Shown here one piece after another: positions 1 to 9,300 of a DNA stretch of 64,000 bases. The stretch covers positions 45,282 to 109,281 of the forward strand of contig CAZSSD010000001.1 in NCBI GenBank assembly GCA_964609765.1, in the 5' to 3' direction. The stretch is from an uncultured Candidatus Saccharibacteria bacterium. GTDB lineage: Bacteria; Patescibacteriota; Doudnabacteria; UBA920; 2-02-FULL-46-11. Every line of letters starts with the position of its first letter. Position 1 is the stretch's first letter. Under the pieces are notes generated by a model, which saw only the letters and a program-made list of their open reading frames with translations, did not search any database and had not been told where the DNA came from. The position numbers were made by a program, and so were the translations under genes.

Positions 1-2
1 AG

Positions 3-722
3 AGCGCCGATGAATTCGAAGATTATTATGACCATTTGGTAAATTTTTGGGTCTGTTTGAACTCGTTTATTTATGAAATAAGCGATAGTGAGACGATTGA
101 TAAAGGTATACGAAATTGGCTCGGTGATTTCCGCAAAAAAACGGAAAAGCACACTGAAAAATTAAGCTCACTTTTGACTGATTTTCTAAGAACTCAATCA
201 ACCCTTAAAGAATTGGTTCATTTTATTACTAAAGATGAAGCAGTGGCCTTACTTCATGGCAAGATGGGCGATGTAGATAGATTAGAAATAACAAATAGGG
301 GGAAAGGCTGCTTTATGTTCAATGGCACTATTTATTTGTTAGACCAACTTGATGATGTTCTTAGCGAGCACAATCTATCTTTGGAAAATTTTAGCGCTAA
401 CGCCACTGAAATAAAGGGAAGCTCCGCTTTTTCTGGAGTCGTAAAGGGAAATGTAAAAGTTGTAGAAGGGTTTAACGATTTAAATAAAATAACAGCGGGC
501 GACATTCTTGTCACACAAATGACCTCACCGAAATATTTAGGAATTATGACAAAGGTTGGCGGGATAGTTACTGACCAAGGAGGCACGCTTTGCCATGCCG
601 CTATTACCGCACGAGAATTAAAAATTCCCTGCGTTATTGGCACTAAAATCGCTACGCAAGTATTAAGAGACGGAGATTTGGTGGAAGTGGATGCGGATAG
701 GGGGATAGTGAGAAAATTATGA
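3..722 (+). CDS. PEP-utilizing enzyme mobile (phosphohistidine swivel) domain protein, 5'-partial (reading frame open to window start; listed ORF starts at TTG 36)
   Basis: C-terminal motif ILVTQMTSPKYLG...VTDQGGTLCHAAITARELKIPCVIG matches the PEP-utilizers swivel domain with the catalytic His in GGxxxHAAI. The frame has no stop between nt 3 and 36. Confidence 0.7.
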   Translation, partial: SADEFEDYYDHLVNFWVCLNSFIYEISDSETIDKGIRNWLGDFRKKTEKHTEKLSSLLTDFLRTQSTLKELVHFITKDEAVALLHGKMGDVDRLEITNRGKGCFMFNGTIYLLDQLDDVLSEHNLSLENFSANATEIKGSSAFSGVVKGNVKVVEGFNDLNKITAGDILVTQMTSPKYLGIMTKVGGIVTDQGGTLCHAAITARELKIPCVIGTKIATQVLRDGDLVEVDADRGIVRKL

Positions 723-778
723 AAAGAAGATAACGGATTAACTATTCTTAAATTCTTAAGAACATTGGAATAGGTAAG

Positions 779-1882
779 ATGATAGATGATAAATTAAAGT
801 ATCAAAGAATTTTTCACGTGCCGGGTTTACGGCTTTTTATTGATGATATCTGGATGGATCATTATAAAAAGCTTGACGCAATGGTCACTTACCTAAATAA
901 CGAATATACCAGTTATTTACCTATAAATGTGATAAAGCGAACCAATAAGACCGGTCTGAAGCTTCTGAAAAGCGAAATCCAATTTAGGGGCTTCGTTAAA
1001 AACTTCGAAAATAACATGAAGCGAGTTGATGCTGCGTATAACACTATACAGCCTAAAAATATTTTAAAGAAGGCAGAAGTAGAAAATTTTTTAAAGCCTG
1101 CAGCTCGATTATTTTATTTTTACTCCAAGACCGAATTTTTCTATACCGATCTTGCCTATAAAAGATTTACCGAGACCAAAAACCCAAAACTTCAGAAAAA
1201 TTTAAAAGCAATGGGTGTCTTAAAGGAGGATGCCCGAAAACATTTAAACAAAATTTTCTTCGGCCAAAACGCTTACCTCAATGTTTTATTAAGAAAAATT
1301 TCGAGCCAGTTTAACGTGGATTTAAACAATTTATTACAATACAAGCAAAAAGAAATATTGGGTTTATTTGAAGGAAAATTGGTAAGCAGAACAGAAATTG
1401 CAAAACGAAATAAAGCCATTCTTTTGGTAGGTAAAAAAGGGACGCTATTTATAGAAACAGGTGCAAAGGCCGAAGCGGTAATAAAGAAATTTATTAAACA
1501 TAGAGAAACTGCACGGAGTTCGAGAAAATTACATGGTGTTGGCGTTAGCAAAGGGCTCGCCAGGGGCAGAGCCCGAGTAATAGTTTCGGGGTATGATAAT
1601 TTTGATCAGTTGAGAAAAATTATTTCGAGTATGAGAAAAGGCGATGTATTGGTAGCAGAAACTACATCACCGGAGCTTGCCGGTGCTTGCAAAAAGGCGG
1701 CTGCAATAGTCACTAATCAGGGCGGTCTGCTTTCCCACGCCGCCATTATCTCAAGAGAATTAAAAATTCCCTGCGTGGTTAATACTCAAAACGCTACTAG
1801 TTTAATTAAGAATGGTGATTTAGTGGAAGTTGACGGCAGTCGGGGACTCGTTACAATTATAAAAAGAAAGGTAAAGAGATAA
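779..1882 (+). CDS. PEP-utilizing enzyme mobile-domain protein (paralog 2); N-terminal ~250 aa of unknown fold
   Basis: ATG start. C-terminal VLVAETTSPELAGACKKAAAIVTNQGGLLSHAAIISRELKIPCVV is a swivel-domain signature. Confidence 0.7.
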   Translation: MIDDKLKYQRIFHVPGLRLFIDDIWMDHYKKLDAMVTYLNNEYTSYLPINVIKRTNKTGLKLLKSEIQFRGFVKNFENNMKRVDAAYNTIQPKNILKKAEVENFLKPAARLFYFYSKTEFFYTDLAYKRFTETKNPKLQKNLKAMGVLKEDARKHLNKIFFGQNAYLNVLLRKISSQFNVDLNNLLQYKQKEILGLFEGKLVSRTEIAKRNKAILLVGKKGTLFIETGAKAEAVIKKFIKHRETARSSRKLHGVGVSKGLARGRARVIVSGYDNFDQLRKIISSMRKGDVLVAETTSPELAGACKKAAAIVTNQGGLLSHAAIISRELKIPCVVNTQNATSLIKNGDLVEVDGSRGLVTIIKRKVKR

Positions 1883-1887
1883 ATATT

Positions 1888-2778
1888 ATGCCCAAACGTG
1901 AAGGTACGCCCCGAGACCCACATGAAAACAATCAAGATGAATCCGCTAAAGAGCCGTCTGATATTAGCTTATTCAGGCATAGCCTCTCTTCTTACCGAAC
2001 ATATCGAGATATCGCTGGCTCGGAAAACCCTTTGCGAGCCCTCGATCCAGAAAATCAACTCGGTCCAGATTTAACGGAAAAAGGTGCAGAATTTGCGAGA
2101 GAAGAGGCAGAAAAGTTTTTTGACGCGCTTGATCCAAAGCAAGATATTTTATTTTTTGCCTCCAGTAACGAACTGCGCGCGATCGAAACGACCAATATAT
2201 ATCGACAAGTGGCACACCAACGCGGTTTTGAAGTTATTAAGGTTGCCAACCCAAGAAGCGGACATGCCCTGGAAATAGGTAATGGCGAAATAAGAGTTGT
2301 AAAAAACTTATCGCTATACCCGAGAAATAAAAGTAATGTTGTTATTGATAGCGTTTTAGGTCCGCCCCATCAAAGACCGCCAATTAATTGGGAGGCGATT
2401 GCTGACCCTGAACTAAAGGCAAGGTACGAGCAAGCCGCAGCGATAATTGCTGCTGATGATCGCGGCTCCTTTGGCGCTAACCTGTTGGCCCACAGCGAAA
2501 AGATCAAAAAATTATTTCCAGAATTATCCTCGGCCACTGATCTGTATAGGCAATTTAAAAATATTGTTCGGTTAGTGCGTTTTGGCATTGAGAAAGCGCG
2601 AGCATCAGGACTTAAGAAAAGAGTGAAAATATTGGCGTTTGGCCATGAAAACTATTTGCTGCCTGCGCTTGAGGAATTATTCCAAGAAGAGGAGATCAGG
2701 AATTGTGAAATTATTGATTTTTCATTGAGAGAAGATAGTATTATGGCGCGCTTCAGAGGCAAAGATAGGGAAATCTAA
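1888..2778 (+). CDS. hypothetical protein (296 aa) embedded in the PEP-utilizer paralog array
   Basis: Long ORF with ATG start, tightly spaced with its neighbours. No motif recognised by eye. Confidence 0.5.
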   Translation: MPKREGTPRDPHENNQDESAKEPSDISLFRHSLSSYRTYRDIAGSENPLRALDPENQLGPDLTEKGAEFAREEAEKFFDALDPKQDILFFASSNELRAIETTNIYRQVAHQRGFEVIKVANPRSGHALEIGNGEIRVVKNLSLYPRNKSNVVIDSVLGPPHQRPPINWEAIADPELKARYEQAAAIIAADDRGSFGANLLAHSEKIKKLFPELSSATDLYRQFKNIVRLVRFGIEKARASGLKKRVKILAFGHENYLLPALEELFQEEEIRNCEIIDFSLREDSIMARFRGKDREI

Positions 2779-2793
2779 TATGGATACGTATTT

Positions 2794-4209
2794 ATGAAAA
2801 AAACAGAGTATGTGTTTTTATGGGGAAATACGCAAAGCTGCTTTACTTTTGAAGGCAATACAAATTGCTTGGTTAGATTTCCGGACAATCCTTGGAATAA
2901 AGCGCTGGAGGCGATGATAACGGTTGTTAAAGATAACAAAGCATCTTGTTATGTTTCTCAAAAAAGCATAGATAACAATATTAAGTTAGGTAGGCAGTTT
3001 TTAGATGCGAGATACGTAAAAATATTTCTCCAAAATATTCACCGTGTTACGGTCCGACATGATCGACTATTTAAGGAGTTAGACAAACTTAATTATAGAA
3101 GCCTCGGTGACGAAGAACTGCTAAATTATTTTATAAAAATATTAAATCAATGGTCAGATACCATTGGCTATTTTCGCGGTACGCAAATGGAGGGCACCCA
3201 AGTATTAGCTAATAAAATTAATAAATTAGTCGGGCCCGAAGAAGCGGCTACGCTGATTTTGCCAACAGACCTGGATCCGGTAAACCGGGAAGAAAAAGAT
3301 TGGCGAAAGCTACTCAAAAGGCCATTTAGTAAAAAAAGTATTTTTAATCATCTGCAAAAATACCCATGGCTTGTTCCTTATCACGTTGCGCTTGATCAGG
3401 CTTACCGGACTATGCAAGACCGCTACAAGCAAGGTAGGGGAGTCTTTGAGAATCGGGATATCAGAAAGGAAAAGGCCGATCTTAAAAGAAAACAGGGCGC
3501 AATATTTAAACAGTACCCTAACGCGGAAAGGCTGGTGAAGCTTATGCAGCAATTGGCTCTGGCCAGGATAAATCTGAAATCCTATTGGGGTGGCACCGAC
3601 TTTTATTTAATGCCTTTGTACGCAGAAATGGCCAGGCGCAGCGGTGAGCCGATAGCTGATATCTTTAACTATTATTTGATTGAAGAATTGAAAGCATTGT
3701 TGAATAGAAGAAAGCTGACAAGGGAAGAAAAGCAAAATCGAAAAAGATGCTTTGTATTTTTATGGAAAAAAGGGAAAATTATTATACGCTCTGGTGATGC
3801 GGCTGAAAAATTATCTAAGAAAGAGTTGGGAAGCCTAACCGAAACGGGAAACGCAAATGAGCTTAAGGGCTTTTGCGCCAATCCGGGTAAAATTACTGGC
3901 GTTGTCAGAATTTTTGAGGCCAATAATTATAAAAAAGCAAATGCTTTGCGTAAATCATTTGGAAGCGGCGAAGTATTGGTAACTCAAATGACTCAGCCAA
4001 ATATAGTTGATATTGCCAAAAAAGCGGTGGCCATTATTACTGACGAGGGCGGTATGCTTTCCCATGCCGCTATTATCTCAAGGGAGTTTGGCATTCCATG
4101 TGTGGTGGGGACCCATATTGCTACGCAAGTCTTAAAAGACGGCGATTTGGTGGAAGTTGACGCTAATAAAGGATTGGTTAAAATTTTGAAGCGGAAAAAT
4201 GCCAATTGA
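2794..4209 (+). CDS. PEP-utilizing enzyme mobile-domain protein (paralog 3)
   Basis: C-terminal VLVTQMTQPNIVDIAKKAVAIITDEGGMLSHAAIISREFGIPCVVG. Confidence 0.7.
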   Translation: MKKTEYVFLWGNTQSCFTFEGNTNCLVRFPDNPWNKALEAMITVVKDNKASCYVSQKSIDNNIKLGRQFLDARYVKIFLQNIHRVTVRHDRLFKELDKLNYRSLGDEELLNYFIKILNQWSDTIGYFRGTQMEGTQVLANKINKLVGPEEAATLILPTDLDPVNREEKDWRKLLKRPFSKKSIFNHLQKYPWLVPYHVALDQAYRTMQDRYKQGRGVFENRDIRKEKADLKRKQGAIFKQYPNAERLVKLMQQLALARINLKSYWGGTDFYLMPLYAEMARRSGEPIADIFNYYLIEELKALLNRRKLTREEKQNRKRCFVFLWKKGKIIIRSGDAAEKLSKKELGSLTETGNANELKGFCANPGKITGVVRIFEANNYKKANALRKSFGSGEVLVTQMTQPNIVDIAKKAVAIITDEGGMLSHAAIISREFGIPCVVGTHIATQVLKDGDLVEVDANKGLVKILKRKNAN

Positions 4210-5704
4210 TTTTAAAAAATGGCAGTTTGAATTTACGCAGCGCAACAGCCACCCTATTTTAATGGCTGATTTTTGGACGCGCGCCATGTATCATTACTTC
4301 CCCGAGGAAATAAAGTTACCTTTGGGGGGCCGTGATTACATATATACTGGGAAAAACAGTGGTTATGTAAAGAAAAATCAAAAGCAGGAGCTCTTAAAGA
4401 TACTTAAAAACGCCGTTTCAAGAGAGCCATATTTGCATTATGTTTATAAAAAGACACTGGCTCGGGTGGCGCAATTCGAAAAAGTTGCCGATGATATTTC
4501 TAAACAACTAAATGGCCAAATAAGCCAGAAGGACATTTTAAATTTTTGGTTAAGATTTGATGATCATTTTTGTAAGTTAATTCCGTGGTTTTTTATACCC
4601 TATTACATTACCGAAGAAAATTTTTTAGTTGATAAAATCAAACAAAGGCTGGAAAACTACAAAAAAGAGGTTGAGGAAATAACAGATTTTAACAACGCCT
4701 TGGCCATACTCGTTCAGCCCAGAATAAAAATGTATTTTCAGCAAGAGCAATATGACTTTTATAAATTGGTATCATATGCTGAAAAGTATAAAAATTTTGA
4801 AAAAGACAGAAAATTTACTGAACTAGCCAATAAGTATTTAGTTAAATATGGCTGGACCAGTACGTATCTAGTTCTGCCCTTGGTGCCACTATCACTAAAA
4901 GTGTTAATTAAACGAGTTCACGCCGCTCTAAAAAATAAATTTACGCGCCAGTATTTACTGCAAAGACAAACCGCGGTTAAAAACAAAAGAGTGGCAGCGA
5001 AATTGTTAAAATTATTGGCGCGCGATAAAGGGCTCCTAAAAAACATCAACTGGGCGCAAAAATATGCTTGGCTACTCACAGCCAGCGTAGAACGATCCCT
5101 TATCGCCACTTTTAAGCTGCAGAATTTTTACAGATTGATCAGCCTAGCCGCCGGCATTAAATATGCCGATTGGATTCATCTAACGTCTGTCGAAATTAAA
5201 CAGGCTCTGGCCGGAAGCCTAAAGATTTCCATGCAGGAAATTGCTAAAAGAAAAAGCGGATATTTTTATATTTTTGAAAATGGCAAGCCAAGCTTGTACA
5301 CTGGCGCTAAGGCCAGAGCGCTAACTAAGCAACTTGAACGTGCTACTGCGGCATTGCCAACAAAAACAGATCAAATAGTCGGCCAACCGGCCTCCCCGGG
5401 CCAGGTTACTGGCAGGGTCAGGATTTGCCGATCAGCCGCCGAGGCGGCCAAATTGGGGCCCGGTGAGATATTGGTGGCTGTTATGACGACTCCGGACTAT
5501 GTACCGGCCATGAAACAGGCTGCGGCTATTGTAACAGACGAGGGCGGCCTTTTATCCCACGCCGCCATTGTATCTAGAGAACTAGGCAAGCCTTGTATAG
5601 TTGGGACAAAAATAGCAACTAGGTTGCTAAAATATGGCGATATGGTGGAAGTTGATGCCGGGAGCGGTATCGTAAAATTATTGGGTCATACCCTAAAACG
5701 TTAG
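4199..5704 (+). CDS. PEP-utilizing enzyme mobile-domain protein (paralog 4)
   Basis: C-terminal ILVAVMTTPDYVPAMKQAAAIVTDEGGLLSHAAIVSRELGKPCIVG. Overlaps the previous gene by 11 nt, suggesting translational coupling. Confidence 0.7.
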   Translation: MPIDFKKWQFEFTQRNSHPILMADFWTRAMYHYFPEEIKLPLGGRDYIYTGKNSGYVKKNQKQELLKILKNAVSREPYLHYVYKKTLARVAQFEKVADDISKQLNGQISQKDILNFWLRFDDHFCKLIPWFFIPYYITEENFLVDKIKQRLENYKKEVEEITDFNNALAILVQPRIKMYFQQEQYDFYKLVSYAEKYKNFEKDRKFTELANKYLVKYGWTSTYLVLPLVPLSLKVLIKRVHAALKNKFTRQYLLQRQTAVKNKRVAAKLLKLLARDKGLLKNINWAQKYAWLLTASVERSLIATFKLQNFYRLISLAAGIKYADWIHLTSVEIKQALAGSLKISMQEIAKRKSGYFYIFENGKPSLYTGAKARALTKQLERATAALPTKTDQIVGQPASPGQVTGRVRICRSAAEAAKLGPGEILVAVMTTPDYVPAMKQAAAIVTDEGGLLSHAAIVSRELGKPCIVGTKIATRLLKYGDMVEVDAGSGIVKLLGHTLKR

Positions 5705-5727
5705 AAAACGTGCTATTATAAAACCAT

Positions 5728-6798
5728 ATGCTTGTGACAATTTTAGCTTTCTTTTTAGTTTTATTAGTGCTGGTAATCGTCCATGAATGGGGGCATTTTT
5801 ATGCCGCCAAAAAGACCGGCATGGTTGTGGAAGAATTTGGCTTTGGTTTTCCGCCGCGAGCGGCTTCTATTAAGCACAAGGGCACGCGCTATTCGTTTAA
5901 CTGGCTGCCTTTGGGCGGATTTGTAAAAATTCAGGGTGAGAATGGCGATGACGATCGCACAGGATCTTTTAGCACAAAATCAATTCCAAAAAGGTTTATC
6001 GTGCTTGCTGCCGGCTGTATTATGAATTTGGTTTTGGCCTGGGTGCTATTAAGCATTTCTTTGGCCGCCGGCACGCCGCAGCCAATCGGTGAGGTTAATA
6101 AGGATGCGATAAGGGAAAACACCAGAGTAATCGTGGGTTTGGTAGGCGCCGGCTCACCAGCCGAAGCGGCCGGATTTAAATCTGGTGATGTGGTTTTGAA
6201 AATAAATAATATGCCTGTTTCTTCTTTCCAAGTTTTTCAGGAGCAGACCCGTGCCCATGCTGGTAAAAATGTAGAATATACGGTGCAGCGAGATGGCGAA
6301 ACTAAAACCTTAAATGCTGTCCCGCGTGAAAATCCACCGGCCGGGCAAGGCATGATAGGCGTGCAGCTATCCGAATGGGCAGAGGTGTCTTACCCCTGGT
6401 ATTCCTCGGCTTGGAAAGGTTTAGTTCTCACTTGGGATTTTTTGAAAATGACTTTGGACGGTTTTGGCCAACTTATTGGTCAATTATTCGGCGGACCAAA
6501 AGTGGCCGGTGAAGTGGCTGGACCAATTGGCATTGCCGTACTTACGGGGAAGTTTGCCAAGATGGGTATTGTCGCGTTGCTGCAATTTACAGCACTGCTT
6601 AGTATCAACCTCGCCATTATTAACGCTTTGCCGATCCCGGCTTTAGACGGTGGCAGAATTTTGTTCCTGTTGGTTGAGGGTATACGCGGCAAAAAGGTGC
6701 GGGCTAAGGTTGAGCAGTGGTCGCATGCCATTGGCTTTGCCCTGCTTTTGGCCTTGATGGTGGTGGTAACGATCAAAGATATACGCAATTTATTTTAA
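5728..6798 (+). CDS. rseP: RseP-like site-2 protease (M50 zinc metalloprotease with PDZ domain)
   Basis: HEWGH zinc motif in the first TM helix, a central PDZ-like segment, and a C-terminal LDGG motif. Confidence 0.85.
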   Translation: MLVTILAFFLVLLVLVIVHEWGHFYAAKKTGMVVEEFGFGFPPRAASIKHKGTRYSFNWLPLGGFVKIQGENGDDDRTGSFSTKSIPKRFIVLAAGCIMNLVLAWVLLSISLAAGTPQPIGEVNKDAIRENTRVIVGLVGAGSPAEAAGFKSGDVVLKINNMPVSSFQVFQEQTRAHAGKNVEYTVQRDGETKTLNAVPRENPPAGQGMIGVQLSEWAEVSYPWYSSAWKGLVLTWDFLKMTLDGFGQLIGQLFGGPKVAGEVAGPIGIAVLTGKFAKMGIVALLQFTALLSINLAIINALPIPALDGGRILFLLVEGIRGKKVRAKVEQWSHAIGFALLLALMVVVTIKDIRNLF

Positions 6799-6860
6799 CC
6801 TTCGAATTCGCAAATTGGGACGAATTCGCGAATATTTACGAATAAAAACTCGCTAAATCT

Positions 6861-6883
6861 AAAGCCGCCTAAGGGGCGGCTTT
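6861..6883 (+). terminator. hairpin AAAGCCGCC-TAAGG-GGCGGCTTT after rseP
   Basis: Perfect 9-bp GC-rich stem flanked by A/T runs. The trailing T-tract is short. Confidence 0.5.
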
Positions 6884-6889
6884 AAGATG

Positions 6890-7654
6890 TGTGGATGACA
6901 CGACAACTGTTTTGGGTGTAGGATTTATTTATCAGCGCGAAGTTAGCGCTAAAGGACCGGGCCCGATAACGGGCTTGGAGGTAGGCACGAGTGCCAACGC
7001 TTAGGGTGTCCTGCCGCGAGTCTTCCGGCAGGCCAAGCGGCGACCGCGTGCCGAAGGTGTGAGAGCGGGGGAGCATGGCGCTAAACCGCCAAAGAAGTTT
7101 CCCCGGCAGCCAGTCTGGCCCTCCGGGCGGATTAGACACCCGCCAGCAGTCGGGGGTACACCAGCCACACCCGCCTGGACCTTAGCCCAGCTATTCTGGT
7201 GTTTGCACCAACCAAGGGCTTGCGTCTGCCTTGGCACCAGAAGAGAACCGTGCAGGCCGCCATCCCGCCGCAGGGGCTTTGACAAATACTGCGTAGCGGC
7301 TGCGCTGGAGAAGGTCCGAAGTGCTCAAGCAGTTGTTTTATATAAATGGCGGCTGACCACCCCACGGACAGATGCACGCATCTGATCCGCGAGGTAGGTC
7401 GCCGCCACCGGCTTGCCGCCAAATTCTGGGTTAGGTATTTTCCTCCCCGGGGAGACGCCGACATTCAGGGTTCGCGCAAGGGGCACCAGGAATCCCGCCG
7501 AGCGCACTTGCTTGGTCCTGGCGCTGGCAGCAAGTCGGGTCGTATTTCGAAGCAGGGCTAAGGAGGAAGGCTCGATGTTGTGAGCGAGCGGTGTGTTCGC
7601 GTGTCCAAGGTGCCCGGCGGGCATCACAAACTACGCGGACCCGTATACTCCTTA
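6890..7654 (+). ncRNA. GC-rich structured ncRNA locus, candidate RNase P RNA (rnpB)-like, possibly two RNAs
   Basis: About 770 nt that is much more GC-rich than its flanks. It has only overlapping junk ORFs on both strands and is bounded by terminators. It contains CTAAAGGACCGGGCCCG (resembles RNase P CR-I GGAAAGUCCGGGCUCC), GAGTGCCAACGCTTAGGG (resembles the P15 GUGCCAGGUAACGCCUGGG) and GGTGTGAGAGCGGG (resembles GGUAAGAGCG). Confidence 0.35.
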
Positions 7655-7691
7655 GCCCTGCTTCTATCGGAAGCAGGGCGATTTCTTTTTT
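7655..7691 (+). terminator. rho-independent terminator (CCCTGCTTC-tatcg-GAAGCAGGG plus T-tract)
   Basis: 9-bp stem followed by CGATTTCTTTTTTT on the + strand. Confidence 0.65.
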
Positions 7692-7820
7692 TAGGGCATT
7701 TTTGTTATAATCCCAGTAGTAGAAATTCGATATTTCAACTTCCTTGCGGAATAAAAGGTAAGTTGAAATAGGAAAAAGAGATCGAATTTCACTACTGGGT
7801 GTTTGTATTTTTAAGAAAGT

Positions 7821-9299
7821 ATGACAATGAAAAAAAACCTTACAAGCCGGGCGGACGATTATGCCGAGTGGTACCAGGATGTTATCGAAGCAGCGGATTT
7901 AGCCGAACACTCTCCGGTGCGCGGTTTTATGGTTATTAAGCCGTACGGTTACGGTATCTGGGAAAATATCCAAAAAGTTTTAGACGCAAAAATTAAGGAA
8001 ACGGGCCACGTAAATGCTTACTTCCCCTTGCTTATCCCAAAGTCTTTTATCGCGCGCGAGGCCGAGCATGTGGAGGGTTTTGCCAAGGAGAGCGCGGTGG
8101 TTACTCATCACCGTTTAGTCTCGGATCCAAAAGAAGGTTTGGTGGTAGATCCGGAAGCTAAACTTGATGAAGAATTAATCATCCGCCCGACTTCGGAGAC
8201 TATAATTTATTCAATGTTTAGCCGCTGGATTCAGTCTTGGCGGGATCTGCCGATGCTCATAAACCAGTGGGCGAACATAGTGCGTTGGGAAATGCGCACA
8301 AGGCTGTTCCTGCGCACATCTGAATTTTTATGGCAGGAGGGGCATACCGCCCACACTACTGAAGAAGAGGCGGAAGAGGAGGCGCTGAAAATGCTCGGCG
8401 TATATAAAGATTTGGCCGAAAATTATTTGGCCATTCCCGTAGTGTCTGGCCGCAAGAGCGAATCGGAAAAGTTTGCCGGAGCGCTCCGAACCTACACGAT
8501 CGAGGCTATGATGCAAGATGGCAAAGCGCTGCAAGCCGGCACTTCGCACAACCTGGGCCAGAATTTCGCCAAGCCGTTTGAAGTTAAATTTTTGGATAAA
8601 GATAACGAGCAAAAATATGTTTGGCAGACAAGCTGGGGGGTATCCACGCGTTTAATCGGGGCTTTAGTCATGGCCCATGGCGACAATTTGGGTCTGGTAT
8701 TACCGCCAAAGATGGCGCCTATAAAAATTGTGATTGTGCCGATTTGGAAGGATGACAGTGAAAAAGAAAAAGTGCTGGAACATGCTCAAGAATTGCGTGG
8801 ACGCCTGCAAGTGCTTGACGGTAACGTAAAAGTAGACGATCGAGATTATCTTACCCCCGGGGCTAAGTTTAATGAATGGGAAAAGAAGGGCGTGCCGATA
8901 AGGGTAGAAATAGGGCCAAAAGATATTGCCAATCATGAGGTGGTTATGGTGCGCCGCGATAAGGGCGAAAAAAAAGTAATTTCTATGCACAATTTAGTTG
9001 AGATTTTGGAAGATGAGTTGGATATTATGCAATCGGACTTGTTGAACCGCGCGCGTGAATTTATGGCTGAACATAGTTACGAAGTGGATGATTACGAAAA
9101 GTTTAAGTCCATTATTGAAGAAAAACCCGGATTTGTTTATGCCCATTGGTGCGGATCTGATCAATGTGAAAGAGAGATTAGCGATGAGACTAAAGCCACC
9201 ATCCGCTGCATCCCGCTTAGCCAAGCATCTGAACAAGGCAAGTGTATAAAGTGCGGCGCCGCGTCGGGCCAAAGAGTGGTGTTTGCAAAGGCTTACTAG
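7821..9299 (+). CDS. proS: prolyl-tRNA synthetase, archaeal/eukaryotic-type (class II, C-terminal Zn-binding domain)
   Basis: N-terminal ...EWYQDVIEAADLAEHSPVRGFMVIKPYGYGIWENIQ... and a C-terminal CIKCG Zn motif. About 490 aa, typical of the short ProRS form. Confidence 0.9.
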   Translation: MTMKKNLTSRADDYAEWYQDVIEAADLAEHSPVRGFMVIKPYGYGIWENIQKVLDAKIKETGHVNAYFPLLIPKSFIAREAEHVEGFAKESAVVTHHRLVSDPKEGLVVDPEAKLDEELIIRPTSETIIYSMFSRWIQSWRDLPMLINQWANIVRWEMRTRLFLRTSEFLWQEGHTAHTTEEEAEEEALKMLGVYKDLAENYLAIPVVSGRKSESEKFAGALRTYTIEAMMQDGKALQAGTSHNLGQNFAKPFEVKFLDKDNEQKYVWQTSWGVSTRLIGALVMAHGDNLGLVLPPKMAPIKIVIVPIWKDDSEKEKVLEHAQELRGRLQVLDGNVKVDDRDYLTPGAKFNEWEKKGVPIRVEIGPKDIANHEVVMVRRDKGEKKVISMHNLVEILEDELDIMQSDLLNRAREFMAEHSYEVDDYEKFKSIIEEKPGFVYAHWCGSDQCEREISDETKATIRCIPLSQASEQGKCIKCGAASGQRVVFAKAY

Positions 9300-9300
9300 T

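Noticed and set aside
6882-7627. Multiple 60-110-aa ORFs on both strands (e.g. 7059..7385 +, 7132..7464 -).
   Set aside because: Overlapping, Arg/Pro-rich, no RBS, no codon periodicity; typical of GC-rich structured RNA.
9283-9300. mreB start at 9283 (MQRLTSMFRTF...).
   Set aside because: MreB proteins start at the conserved MF...DIGIDLGTANT, and ATG 9301 follows the proS stop by 1 nt.
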